Position numbers and translations under genes: made by a program
In this document: positions 1 to 10,716 of the stretch, piece by piece
Layout: every line of letters begins with the position of its first letter
How positions within the stretch are numbered: the stretch's first letter is position 1
The notes under the pieces: generated by a model
Seen by the model: only the letters and a program-made list of their open reading frames with translations
Told to the model about the DNA's origin: nothing
The model's database searches: none
DNA from: Pelagomonas calceolata
Lineage: Eukaryota
Direction: 5' to 3'
DNA: 64,000 nt
NCBI GenBank assembly: GCA_918797485.1
Contig: CAKKNE010000003.1
Location: 806,001 to 870,000, forward strand

Positions 1-1
1 G

Positions 2-413
2 CATCTGTTCGTGACGGCGTGCGTGCTCGCGTCTTTCGCCGGCTGGTTCTACCTGCTCAATCCCAGAGCGAAGCTCGTGATTTTCTGCGTCTTCGTCTAC
101 GGCCACTATCGCTACGCGTGCATCAGCGCAAAAATCAAATCTCGCGGCGCTTCTTGAGCCTCGAGCGACTCACTGGTTGCTTCTGTCGCAGGTCCGCATG
201 CAGCACGCGAACTGGATGGATAAATTCGCCGACCGCCGCGCGCGCTACGATCCGAAGTGCCCGTCCCACCAGCGCCAACTACCGCGGCGCCGCTCTTCCG
301 TAGGCGACGGCGACGGCATTGCGGACGCCGTCACGACTGGAAGCGTCAGGGTATGTTCCCGGGCCGCTACTCTGAAATATTTGGGCGCGGCGAACGACCA
401 GGATGTATTCTGA
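2..413 (+). CDS. 3' part of an unknown membrane protein (5'-partial); proposed join 2..115,192..413 with a GC-AG intron
   Basis: Frame 2 reads a hydrophobic stretch, HLFVTACVLASFAGWFYLLNPRAKLVIFCVFVYGHYRY. Removing 116..191 (GCGTGCAT...TGTCGCAG) joins it in phase 0 to VRMQHANW...DVF*. Confidence 0.45.
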
Positions 414-606
414 ATTTGGGTCATTCTTTGGACGCTATCGAGGCGTATCTTTAAATTTACTAGTAAGTCGCTACGCTAGCTTGCTCTCATTGTTTTGCGC
501 GCCTGGCTTTGCTCTTTCTATAGTTTCGGCGCGTCGGCAACTGAGGAAATTGGCCAGCGGCTCCCCAGAACTTCCGGGAGGACGTGTCCTCGAGACAAAA
601 TACCCG

Positions 607-1299
607 TTACAACACACTAGCGCAGACCGCGTCGAAGCACTCCGCCGTCTCGCTCAGCCAGCCGCCGAGCGGCTCGGGCAGCGGCGGCGGCGCCACCGTA
701 GACAAGACGCCGTCGCCGAGCCCCGTCACGGCGCGCACCGCCTCCGCGTTCCCGAGCGCCGCGTCGTCGCCGACAAAAATTATAGAGCGCACGTCGAAGC
801 CCCGCCGCACGAGCGCCTCCCAGGCGCATAACGAACAAGAAATGCCGCCGAGCCGCGCGTCGCCTACTAATAAAGCCGGCACGTCCAGCCCCGCGTAGGC
901 GTCGGCCTGGGGCCGCCCCGTCGCCGTCGGCGACAGGCAGCCGCCGGCGGTCTCGACGACGCCGAAGGGCTCGTCGCCCGCGCGCATCCACCCTGAAACG
1001 GCTCGGGCGAGCTCCGCGTCGCTCGGTATTTGTCCACCTTCCTGCCGCGCGGCGACGTGCGGGCTCGCGTACGCCCGCCACGCGTGCAGCGTGTCGCAGC
1101 GGCCGAGGCCGGCGGCGGCGTAGCGTTTGACCAAAGCTGCGTCGCCGGCGTGGTCGTCGTCGACGCCCGTCTGCAGGGGCTTCAGGTACGCCGCGCGGCC
1201 GAACCTCCGGAGGCCCGCTTTTATGAGTGCAGCGGAGCACAACGTCTTGCCGACCTCGGTGTTGGCGCCGAAGACGATGGCCGTTCGTCGTGCGGCCAT
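607..1299 (-). CDS. bioD: Dethiobiotin synthetase (stand-alone, eukaryotic BIO3-type)
   Basis: Motifs GANTEVGKT, YLKPLQTG, VETAGGCLSP and LVGDARLGGIS. Confidence 0.92.
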   Translation of the reverse strand: MAARRTAIVFGANTEVGKTLCSAALIKAGLRRFGRAAYLKPLQTGVDDDHAGDAALVKRYAAAGLGRCDTLHAWRAYASPHVAARQEGGQIPSDAELARAVSGWMRAGDEPFGVVETAGGCLSPTATGRPQADAYAGLDVPALLVGDARLGGISCSLCAWEALVRRGFDVRSIIFVGDDAALGNAEAVRAVTGLGDGVLSTVAPPPLPEPLGGWLSETAECFDAVCASVL

Positions 1300-1755
1300 T
1301 TTTTTGGCGTTCTTGCACCACTACCGTCTGTGGTGCCGAGGCCACTGCAGGGTGGGGGTCTGTGCAGGCGTTTACTGGCCGCAGATCTGCAAATTTTGAC
1401 AGCTACCGCGACTTATGCAGCGATGCTTTACGAACACGTTGTTTTGAGCCGCCTCGCGCCGCTCCACTGGTTTTTTTTCGACAGCTCGGCACACTTGCTA
1501 GCGGGCAGTAAGACACTAGCACGACCAAATCGTCGCCCACTAGTCCTTCCACCTACCTCTGCATTCCTCCCATCTCGACGACTGCATCAGCGGAAGGCTG
1601 GCTCGGCGGTCGCTGTCATTTCTTCCGAGGCTGGCCATCCAGAAAAAATTGCTCTCATGCCTCGTGTGCTGGTTGCGCTTGCCTCCGTTGGCCTGCGCGC
1701 ATCGTCCTTTACACTCGCTACTCAGCGCCGGCAGCCCAACGCATTCAGGCGCAAC

Positions 1756-2349
1756 ATGGGGGCCCTCCAGAGCACTGCAGCCCCCAGTGTCCGGCACATG
1801 CGCTCCCGTACGGCTCGTCAACCTCCACGCCATCGACGCGCCATGCTCCCGTAGCTCCAGTGGCTGCGCCTCGCTCGATGGCGTGGGGGTGTGTACGTCC
1901 GGGCAGTCCGAACGCCATCGACGCGCCGGCGCCGCGACCGCGTCCCCTCACAGGCCGCCGACGAGCAGGAACTTAAAGGGATGATCAAATCCATGGCGGA
2001 GGACAAGACCGGCGAGTGGATCGCGGCGAACTGTCTGCCGGACGCCCTATTCATCCGCCCGAGCGGCAACCCCTTCAAGGCCGCCGAGTTCGTCACGTTC
2101 TTCGGCGGCGACGTCGAGATCACGGAGAAGGCCCTCCTGAAGATCCAGAAGCTCGACGTCGGCGCGGACATGGCCTACGCGACGGCGAGCGAGTCCGCGA
2201 AGTTCACGTACAAGGGCACGCCGAACGACGACCCGTCCTTCACCGTGTCGACGGTCTGGAAGAAGGTCGGCGGCGCCTGGAAGCTCGCGCACGGCCACCG
2301 GTCCACGGCCACGGGCAACGACATGTCGTCGTGGGACGGCTGCGTGTAG
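1756..2349 (+). CDS. DUF3804/SnoaL(NTF2)-fold protein; proposed join 1756..1788,1954..2349
   Basis: Motifs LFIRPSGNP, KFTYKGTPNDD, TV..VWKK and RST are typical of DUF3804. There is a CACAG acceptor at 1953; the first exon (MGALQSTAAPS) is tentative. Confidence 0.75.
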
Positions 2350-2533
2350 ATCCGCCGGCGGCGACGCCATCGACGCGGCATGCAAGCTAGGGTCCGTCGG
2401 CATTTCCGTCGGCGGAGATGTCGGCGGCGGGTCGACGCCATCGACGCGCCACGACTCACGAGTGAAGTGTCTAAGATTCCAAGTTTTACAAGCACCGGGG
2501 GAGAAGGGGGGAAATGAACACACCAGACTATGC

Positions 2534-3397
2534 TCAGGAGGATCTCTCCGTGTCGAAGGAGATGAGGCGCGGCCGCGAGCCCTCTGAAGATTCGTCGTCG
2601 GCCTCGCCGAGCTTCGCCGCGAGCCGCGCGCGCGCCGCCGTCGCCGCCGCGAGCTCGCGCTCCAGCTCCGCCACGCGCTTCTCGAGGGGCTCCACCAACG
2701 CCGCGCGGCTCTCGACCGCCAAGATGCGCGCGTGGATGTTCGCCAACTCAAAGAGCATGCCCGACGACTCGTCCTCGGCGGGCGGCTCGGGCGACGACGA
2801 CTCGGCCTCAGAACCTAGAGATTCGGACCGCGACCGCTTGCGCTGGTACTCTTGTAATGTGGAGCCGAAGTTGGCGCTCATGCGGTCGTCGTCGTCGTCG
2901 TCGCTACTCGACTCCGACGCCGGAGCTGTGCGCGCCAGAGCCACTAAGGAAGACGCCGCCGTCGCGTCGACCTTGACGGGCCTCGACGAACTTCGGGAGG
3001 AGGGGGCCTTCGTCGTGCCGGAGGCCGTGCGCTTCTTGAGGAGGTAGGACGTGCGGCCGCGCTCGCGGCAGCGGTCGCACTTCGCTGCGTCCAATTTTTG
3101 CGAGAAGGTGCCGACGTGCAGAAAGTTCTTGCAGCCCTTGCACCACTTGAAGAAGCAGCCCGACGACCGGTGGCGCCACATGGCCTTGTCGCAGTCGCGG
3201 CAGACGTCCTTGTTCTGGCGCGGGATGACGACGCCCTTGCTTGCGCCGCAGCCGCACATGACGCAGGACTGGGCCGTGCCCTTGGCCGCTCTCGCGTAAT
3301 TCGTGACGGCGTCGTAGGTGAGGCCGTCCTCGACACTCTCGAGGGCCGAGTCGGGGACGTCGCTGATGTCGACGAGGATGCTGGCGTTGCGCGACAT
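2534..3397 (-). CDS. Cys-rich zinc-binding, SBP-like putative transcription factor with a C-terminal coiled coil
   Basis: CVMC...CRDC...FKWCKGCKNF...F...KCDRCRERGR followed by basic residues; ATG at 3397. Confidence 0.6.
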   Translation of the reverse strand: MSRNASILVDISDVPDSALESVEDGLTYDAVTNYARAAKGTAQSCVMCGCGASKGVVIPRQNKDVCRDCDKAMWRHRSSGCFFKWCKGCKNFLHVGTFSQKLDAAKCDRCRERGRTSYLLKKRTASGTTKAPSSRSSSRPVKVDATAASSLVALARTAPASESSSDDDDDDRMSANFGSTLQEYQRKRSRSESLGSEAESSSPEPPAEDESSGMLFELANIHARILAVESRAALVEPLEKRVAELERELAAATAARARLAAKLGEADDESSEGSRPRLISFDTERSS

Positions 3398-4165
3398 GGT
3401 CTTTCGATCGGTTTCGGGCGCCTGCGGGGCGTTCGGAGGTTGTTGGTGAGCGCGTCGACGATATCTTCGGCTGCTTCGTGGCCGCTCGTCGTGTTCGGCG
3501 AAGAACAGATTTTTTTCAATACGACGCTCTGAACAGAGCATGAGTGGATATTCCCATCGGACGGGCGTCGGTGGGCCCCGGGCCCAGCGCCGGGGGCTGT
3601 CAGATGATGTCGGCGGCGTGTGGTGGCTGGATTAAGGACACGGGCCGCAGACGAAGTCAAAGATGCGACGTGGCTTTTTAGGCCCCTTTTTTGAGTCTCG
3701 CAGCGAGCGCAGCGGGCTGATATTCACAGTAGGCCGAGTTCGAACCAAGCTGGGCCCGATGCCAAAGCGTTGAGTCCAGCGAGTTCGTTCGCGCTGAGCA
3801 CAGGCGCTCAACAATAATTCGTTCGCGGTGTACGCGTTGAGCTCATTCAGACTGCGGCGATAATCCTACTAGCGCGCGAAGACTTCCAAAGGAAACAAAC
3901 ACCTTGCTGCCTCGTGGCAGGAGCTCGCGGACATCATTCTATAGCAGTTTGAAATCAAAACAGCACCCGCGCGAGCCCAAACCAGCACAATGCGTGCACT
4001 ACCGGTACTGAAACCGCGGCAAGAGCTCCACACGACATTCTTATCGCTCCCTGATGCGAAACGCTAGCGCCGTAAACCCGACACCCCTTTGTCTCTCCGC
4101 GCTGCAGAGCCTCTGATGAGGCTGCCAAAAGGCAGCCCAAACGCCTTAAAAATGCCACCCTAACG

Positions 4166-6201
4166 ATGCCGAAGCAAGAACCCCACGAAATCCTCGGCGT
4201 CCCGAAGGACGCCACCGAAGCGCAAGTCCGCAAGGCCTACTTACGATTAGCCCTCAAGAAGCACCCGGACAAGGGCGGCGACGTCGACGAATTTAGGATA
4301 CTGCAGGAGGCCTACGAGGCGCTGCGCGACGGCGGTGGCAGTGAGGAGGCGAAGGAAAGTTCTCCGGCCAGTTCGCCGCGGCCGGACAGGCCAACGCGAG
4401 CGCCGCCCAAGGCCAAGCCATCGAAGCGGTTCCGCTGCGCGACCTGCGGCAAGCGCTTCTCCTCGCACCTGGCCTTGCGCGCGCACTCGGTGGAGCACAT
4501 GAAGGACGAGGACGACGACGCGGCGCGCCGCCGCGCCGAGGCGAGGGCCCGAGGAGCAGCCCCCAAAAAGGACGAGAGCGACGACGACGAGCCGGCGCCG
4601 CGGCCGCGCCGGCAGCGGCCGGGCCGCGCGACCAACGGCGGCTTCGAAGCCTTCGACCGGCGGCGTTCGGCGGAGGCGAGAGCTCGAGGTGGCGCCACGA
4701 AGAATGATGACGACGAGGTCTGCGCCCGCTGCGGCGCCCGGGGCCCGGGCGACGTCTGCCACGTCTGCGGGCACGGCCCGCCGCCCGACCCGGCGAAGGT
4801 CGAGCGGCGCCGCAAGGCCGAGGCGGCGCGGCGGCGCGAGGAGGCGCGCACCGCGGCGGCGGCGAATAGGGAGAACTCGGCGGTGGTCCGCGGCCGGCGT
4901 CCTGTTATTTTGCCGCGGCGATGGCGTTGCGCCTCGCTGTGACTCGTCCCTCGCGTCGCGTCGCGGCGATGGCGTGGGGCCCGAGCGCCTTTGGCCGGGG
5001 AGTCTGGTCCAGCTCGTACGCCATCGACGCGCCGCGTCACTCATCGTGAATACAAACACAGGCCGCGCAGCTCCAGGAGCAGGAAGACCTCCACGCACAA
5101 TTCAACAACGACCACGACGCCGCGCGCGAGGAGGCCATGGTCCTCGAGGCCGTCCGGCTGTCGACGCAGGACGAGGCGGCGCGGCGTGCGGCCGACGAGG
5201 CCGAGGTCGTCGAGGCCGTCCGGCAGTCCTCGCAGGACGACGCGCTGCGGCGCGCGCGCGAGGAGAACGACCGCGCGCAGCTGGACATGGTGATCGCGGA
5301 GACGCAGGAGGATGAGGAGCTGGCCCGGGCGCTCGCGCAGAGCCGCGCCGCGGAGCGGGACCGCCAGGAGGCGGACGAGCTCGCGCGGGCCCTGCGGCTC
5401 TCGCGGGCGGCGGAGCGCGAGCGCAAGGAGCAGGCGGACCTGGAGGCGGCCCTGGCGCTGTCGCTCGCGGAGGGCGGAGAGGCACCGCCGGCGCCGTCGC
5501 CACGGCGGCCCGGGCTCGGGTTCCTCGCGGAGCTCGACGCCGCCGTCGACGGGCGCGTCGCGCGGCCGCGTGCTTCTGCGCCACGACGGCCTGAGTCAGA
5601 TGCCGCACAGCCGCTGCTCGAGACGCGCGTCGAGCGGCCTCAACAATCGCTCGACGCGGCGCTCACGTCGCCGCGCGCCGCCTTTTTAGCAAGATCAAAT
5701 GAGAGCGACGCGGCGCTCACGCCGGCGCGCGCCGCGTTCCTCCAACGGCAGCAGAGCTTCGGCGCGCGGGCCGACTTTGGCGCGTGGCAGCGGCAGGTGG
5801 CGATGCTGCGAGATTTGGGCTTCGCGGCGTCCGTCGCGGCGGCTTATGCGGACGCGCGGCGGCCCGTGGAGGAGACCGTGGACCGCATGCTGGAAGATGG
5901 CGTGGACTTCGCCGAGGAGCCCGTCTACGCGGGGCGGGAACGGTCTTCCGTCGCGAAGCGCATCGCGAGCGTGGGCTCGCGCGTCCTCGGCGCCGTCCGC
6001 CGCACGCTCTCGTCGCCGTCGGCGCCGGCGCCCGTCGTCGCCGTGCCCATGGACGAAGCGGGCGACGCACCAGAAGACTGGGTGCCCGTCGTCGACGGGG
6101 CCCGGACCTACTGGATGCACGCGGCTCTTGAGTTATGCGCCTGGTCGGACCCGCGAAATGACCCCGACGCCGTGCTCTTCGATCTGCAGGACGTGCAGTG
6201 A
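4166..6201 (+). CDS. DnaJ-domain protein with C2H2 finger, UIM-like repeats, UBA-like and WW-like domains; proposed join 4166..4885,5062..6201
   Basis: J domain with HPD; CATC...H...H finger; repeats ELARALAQS and DLEAALALSL; MLRDLGF (UBA-like); W...YW...W.DP. A GT..ACAG intron (about 4886..5061, donor could be 4883) links the two supplied ORFs in phase 0. Confidence 0.75.
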
Positions 6202-6697
6202 TGTTTGTTGTTTTTTTGGTTTTAAGTTTATTATTAGGTTCTTTTTTCATGTTACGGTGCTAGCACTAGCTCCTTCGCGTCGATCGTGAGGCTGAGGCTA
6301 GTTACGTCGCGGGGTTCCCCGTACCCCTCCCGCTCCCCCCGGGCCCACCCGTCCGGCTGGACTAGGACGCAAGGGCTGAGTCGCATGGACTCGCACGCCC
6401 CCCCTCTTTTTGGGACGCCCCCCATCAGGATGTGGAACTGGCCGCTGGCCCCTCTTTATCGACGAGGCCGAAATCAAGCTGGGTAGGGGAGCGAGAGATC
6501 GTAGAGCTAGTATGTTGGTACGCTAGGTAACGATTTGGGGTTTCGAGCCGCGGCAGCGCAAGAGCTCGTTTCCTGCGCATTAACGAATTCTTCGGGCGGC
6601 ATTTGTCAAGTGGTGATCGGTGCGAACCTTCGCGGCTTCTCTCAGAGAGCTCCGCACAGCCAAAGTCAAATCCGCTCTCTCCAGCAGCAGCCAAGCA

Positions 6698-8920
6698 ATG
6701 GGGAAAAAGCGCGCATATGTCGTGATGAACGGGCGACAGACGGGCGTCTTCGACACGTGGGACGAGGTCGAGCCACTGGTGAAAGGATTTAAGCGTGCGA
6801 AGTATCAAGGCTACTCCTCGCGCGACGACGCGGAACAGGCTTGGCAGGCGAACCAGGCGGCGGCACCTTCGTTCGCGACGGCCGCGGGCGCGCCGGCGGC
6901 GCCCACGTTTGCATCCGTGCCGCCGCCGCCGGCGTTTGTACCGGCATCCGCGCCGGCGTTCGTACCCGTTCCACCGCCGCCGCCGTTGACGCCGTCGATC
7001 AGGGACATGAAGGCGGCGATCCTCCAGGCGGGCCTCGGCGTCGCGGACCTCGTGGAGAAGTCGGACGTCGTCGAGCGCTACCGGCAGGCTCTCGCCGCGG
7101 CACGGCCGGCGGCGCCCGCATTCGTGCCCCGGGGGGCGGCCAGTTCTCCGCCGGAGGACCCGGTCGCGGCGGCGGCGCGTGCGGCAGCGGTGCCGGTCCG
7201 CCCCTCGAATCCGCGGCCGCCGCCGATGCGCGGCAGCGTTACGACGCCGACGCGGCCAGCCGATGACGGGGCCGACGAGCGGCACGAACTGACGGAGGAA
7301 CAGGAGAGCGTGTGCGCGGCAGCGATGAGAGGCGAGTCCCTCTTCTTCACGGGCAACGCCGGCACCGGCAAGACTACAACTATGAGAGAGCTGATCACGC
7401 GGCTGCCTCAGCGAGGCAGCGGCAAGGTGTTCGTAACGGCCTCCACAGGTGCGGCCGCCGTGTTATGTAGAGGTACGACGCTCCATAGTTTCGCGGGAAT
7501 TGGGCTTGGAAAGGAGAGCACTGGACTTCTGATAAAAAAGCTGTCGAAGGCCGCGCGAAAGCGGTGGGGTCAGGCTTCGACGCTAGTCATCGACGAAATA
7601 TCGATGATCGACGGGACGCTCCTTGACAAGATCGACGCCGTCGGGCGCGCGGCACGCGGCAGCTCGAGGCCCTTCGGCGGCGTCCAGGTAATCGTCAGCG
7701 GCGACTTTATGCAGCTGCCGCCCGTCAAGGTGTCCCGGTTCGCGTTTGAGGCCGATGTCTGGCCGACGGCGTTCGGCTCGAATCAGTTCTGCCTGACGCG
7801 CGTGTTCCGGCAGCGCGATCAGTCGTTCGTAAGCCTATTGAACGAGCTGCGTGTTGGGAGGGCGTCCCCTGCCACGTGCGCGACGCTCCAGGCGACGGTG
7901 GCGCGCGGCCTCGGAGCGGTCGACGGCATCGAGCCGACGAAGCTCTTTGCGCGAAACGTACAGGTGGACGCCATCAATAAGCAGAGGCTATTGGAGCTCG
8001 CCGGCGCCACGACGACACTGCGGGCGCAGGACGAGGGCGACGTCCGGCGCATCGAGCAGTGCTCGTACCCCGCGGAGCTCCATCTCCGCATCGGCGCGCA
8101 GATCATGCTCCTCAAAAATATAGACGTCGAGAAAAAGCTCATCAACGGCTCAAGAGGCAAAGTGTTGGCGATACAGCGCAAAGATGGCCAGATCGACAGC
8201 ATTAAGTGTCAGTTCAAAAACGCCGGTGAGTGGAACGTCAAGCGCGATGAAGCGACCGTGGAAGAAGCTGGTAAGGTGCTGGCGTCGCGGTCGCAGTTCC
8301 CGCTGCGTCTCGCGTGGGCCCTGTCGATTCACAAGAGCCAGGGCCAGACGATCGATTTGTTAGATTGCGACTTACAGGGTTGTTTTGAAGATGGCCAGGC
8401 CTACACCGCGGTTTCTAGGGCTTCTGATATGGAGAACCTGGTCGTGCGCAATTTCTCGCCACGCGTCGTAAAAGCTTCGGCGAAGTGTCTGGCGTTCGAC
8501 CAGCGGCTGCGACGCGGCGGCGCGGCGCCTGCTGAGGATGAAGACGACGTCGTAGACCTCACCGCGGACAGCGCGCCGGCTCCTGCGCCGGCGAGCGGCG
8601 GCTGGAACTACGCGGACGGTCGGCGCCCGCCGCCGAACCGCGCGGCGACGCTCCCGACGGGCGCGCCCAATTGCCTGGCGGGCAAGGTCTTTGTGACGAC
8701 AGGCGTCCTCCCGACGCTCGATCGGGATCAGATCAAGGCGATCGCGACGAAGCACGGTGGGAGGTGCACCGGCGCGGTTTCGTCGAAGACGACGCATCTC
8801 ATCGCGGGAGAGGTGCTGGACGACGGTCGACCGGTCGCAGAGTCGGGGAAGTACAAGAAGGCCGTGACGCTCGGCACGGCGATCATCTCGGAGGCGGAGT
8901 TTCGCGCGATGATTCGGTAG
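6698..8920 (+). CDS. PIF1: PIF1-family DNA helicase with an N-terminal RNase H1-type hybrid-binding domain and a C-terminal BRCT domain
   Basis: YVVMNGRQTGVFDTWDEV...VKGFKRAKYQGY (RNase H1 N-term); TGNAGTGKT, IDEISM, GDFMQLPPV, QFPLRLAWALSIHKSQGQT, GQAYTAVSR; CLAGKVFVTTG...GG..TGAVSSKTTHL (RFC1-like BRCT). Confidence 0.93.
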   Translation: MGKKRAYVVMNGRQTGVFDTWDEVEPLVKGFKRAKYQGYSSRDDAEQAWQANQAAAPSFATAAGAPAAPTFASVPPPPAFVPASAPAFVPVPPPPPLTPSIRDMKAAILQAGLGVADLVEKSDVVERYRQALAAARPAAPAFVPRGAASSPPEDPVAAAARAAAVPVRPSNPRPPPMRGSVTTPTRPADDGADERHELTEEQESVCAAAMRGESLFFTGNAGTGKTTTMRELITRLPQRGSGKVFVTASTGAAAVLCRGTTLHSFAGIGLGKESTGLLIKKLSKAARKRWGQASTLVIDEISMIDGTLLDKIDAVGRAARGSSRPFGGVQVIVSGDFMQLPPVKVSRFAFEADVWPTAFGSNQFCLTRVFRQRDQSFVSLLNELRVGRASPATCATLQATVARGLGAVDGIEPTKLFARNVQVDAINKQRLLELAGATTTLRAQDEGDVRRIEQCSYPAELHLRIGAQIMLLKNIDVEKKLINGSRGKVLAIQRKDGQIDSIKCQFKNAGEWNVKRDEATVEEAGKVLASRSQFPLRLAWALSIHKSQGQTIDLLDCDLQGCFEDGQAYTAVSRASDMENLVVRNFSPRVVKASAKCLAFDQRLRRGGAAPAEDEDDVVDLTADSAPAPAPASGGWNYADGRRPPPNRAATLPTGAPNCLAGKVFVTTGVLPTLDRDQIKAIATKHGGRCTGAVSSKTTHLIAGEVLDDGRPVAESGKYKKAVTLGTAIISEAEFRAMIR

Positions 8921-9210
8921 TAAATTTTCTGTACAACTATTTTTTTGAGACCGATACCTGGCGAGGGCCTGTGGGGTACAAGTACCTATACATATCTACT
9001 ACTCGCCGCGATGGTATATTTATATATAGGGGGAGTATGGGGTATTGATCTTCTTCCTTCCTGTGTATTATATTTTTTTTTACGCTTATTCAGATATATG
9101 TTTTTACATACTAATGCAGCTTGCTAGTGTCTTACAGCCGCTAGCTGGGCTGCTACTCGGGAACGCGCCGGCTCCGCAGGGGCTTACCGCTCGAATTTAG
9201 GCAAGCTGTC

Positions 9211-10698
9211 ATGGCCTCCAAACTACTCACAGCCGTATTCTGCGCCGTGGCGACCGATGCCCTCCCGCAAGGTGGTATACGGCAGGCGCTGCGCGACGCC
9301 ACGCTGCAGCGCACAACTCACAAGAACGCCGCCACGGCGCGCAAAACTCACAATAACGCCGCCGTGGCGTCAGAACGCTACCTTACGCAGCGCCTCGACC
9401 ACTACGACGCGTCGCTGAAGAACGCGTCCTTCCAGCAGCGGTATTTTGTGAATAGTACCTGGTACAAGGGGACGGGCCCGGTATTTTTGTGCGTGGGCGG
9501 CGAAGGGCCAGCATTGGATGAATCAGTGGTCAGCCGGTCTGTGCACTGCTCGGACGCGACCGAGCTGGCGCCACAGGTCGGCGCTCTGATCGTCGCGCTC
9601 GAGCACCGCTACTACGGCAAGAGCGTGCCGCCCTCGTCAGAGCGCGGCGCTCAGCGATTGCGGCACCTCACGTCGCATCAGGCCGTCGCCGACATCGCGG
9701 GCTTCCACAAGCACATTAGCGACGAGTTCAAGCTTCCGTCGACCACAAAATGGATCGCGTTTGGAGGCAGTTACCCGGGCATGGTTGCTGGCTTCTCAAG
9801 ATTACGCCTGCCGCACCTCATCCACGCCGCCGTGTCGTCGTCTGCGCCGTGGCACGCGAAGGTCGACATGACGGAGTACAACGATCGCGTCGGCGCCGCG
9901 CTGGCGAACGGCGCCGTCGGCGGCTCGGAACAGTGCCAGAAGATTGTGGTTGACGGTCACGCGAGGATCAAGTCGCTCCTCGAGTCCTCGCGGCTCCAAC
10001 GCCTCTCGCTCGCCAAATTATTCAACTTCTGCAACCCACTGGCCCTCGAAAATGCGCAGACGCGCCGCGCTTGGGCTGGCTATGGCGTGGTGTCCGTGCC
10101 CGCCCAGAGCAATGAACCGGCCTCGACGGATCCAGGGCAGTCGATAGGGGCGCTCTGCTCCGTGCTCCTCGCGGCGAACGCGTCCTCGTCCGTCGACGCG
10201 CTCGCCACGCTCTCGGCGCGGCAGCGCGGCGGCCGCTGCGTCGACGCCAGCCTGTCCCGGAACTTCGAGGACGACGGCAGCGATGCCTTGTCATGGCCGT
10301 GGCAGACGTGCGCCGAGTTCGGGTTCTATCAGACGTGCGAAGTGGGTTCTCAATGCCCGTTCGCGCGCGGCTACGTGTCGGTGGCTGACGAGATCTCGAT
10401 CTGTTCGCAGTTCGGCCTCACGGCCGACGTCGTGGCGGCCAACGTCGCGTTCTCCAATCAAGTTTATGGCGGCGCTCGACCCCAGGGCTCGCGCATACTC
10501 TTCCCAAATGGTGATGTGGACCCGTGGACGGGCCTCGGCGTGCTCAGAAGCCCCGCGCCGACGGAGCCGGTCATGTTGGTCGTTGGCGCGTCGCACCACG
10601 CCTGGACGCACCCCGCGGATACGATTGTTCAGAAGTCGGTCGCGGACGCGAAGGCGGCCATCCAGTCCCAGGTCAAGCAGTGGCTTGCGGTGGAGTAA
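9211..10698 (+). CDS. Secreted/lysosomal serine peptidase, family S28
   Basis: Signal peptide; QRLDHYD, GGEGP, LEHRYYG, FGGSYPG, NGDVDPW. Confidence 0.93.
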   Translation: MASKLLTAVFCAVATDALPQGGIRQALRDATLQRTTHKNAATARKTHNNAAVASERYLTQRLDHYDASLKNASFQQRYFVNSTWYKGTGPVFLCVGGEGPALDESVVSRSVHCSDATELAPQVGALIVALEHRYYGKSVPPSSERGAQRLRHLTSHQAVADIAGFHKHISDEFKLPSTTKWIAFGGSYPGMVAGFSRLRLPHLIHAAVSSSAPWHAKVDMTEYNDRVGAALANGAVGGSEQCQKIVVDGHARIKSLLESSRLQRLSLAKLFNFCNPLALENAQTRRAWAGYGVVSVPAQSNEPASTDPGQSIGALCSVLLAANASSSVDALATLSARQRGGRCVDASLSRNFEDDGSDALSWPWQTCAEFGFYQTCEVGSQCPFARGYVSVADEISICSQFGLTADVVAANVAFSNQVYGGARPQGSRILFPNGDVDPWTGLGVLRSPAPTEPVMLVVGASHHAWTHPADTIVQKSVADAKAAIQSQVKQWLAVE

Positions 10699-10716
10699 GT
10701 GTTGTTTATATGCTAA

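Noticed and set aside
6698..8920. Helitron or other PIF1-bearing transposon
   Set aside because: No Rep/HUH domain or element termini are visible; the architecture looks like a cellular gene.
8925..9125. AT-rich island as foreign DNA or an RNA gene
   Set aside because: It is consistent with a 3' UTR/intergenic tract; no tRNA or other structure is recognisable.
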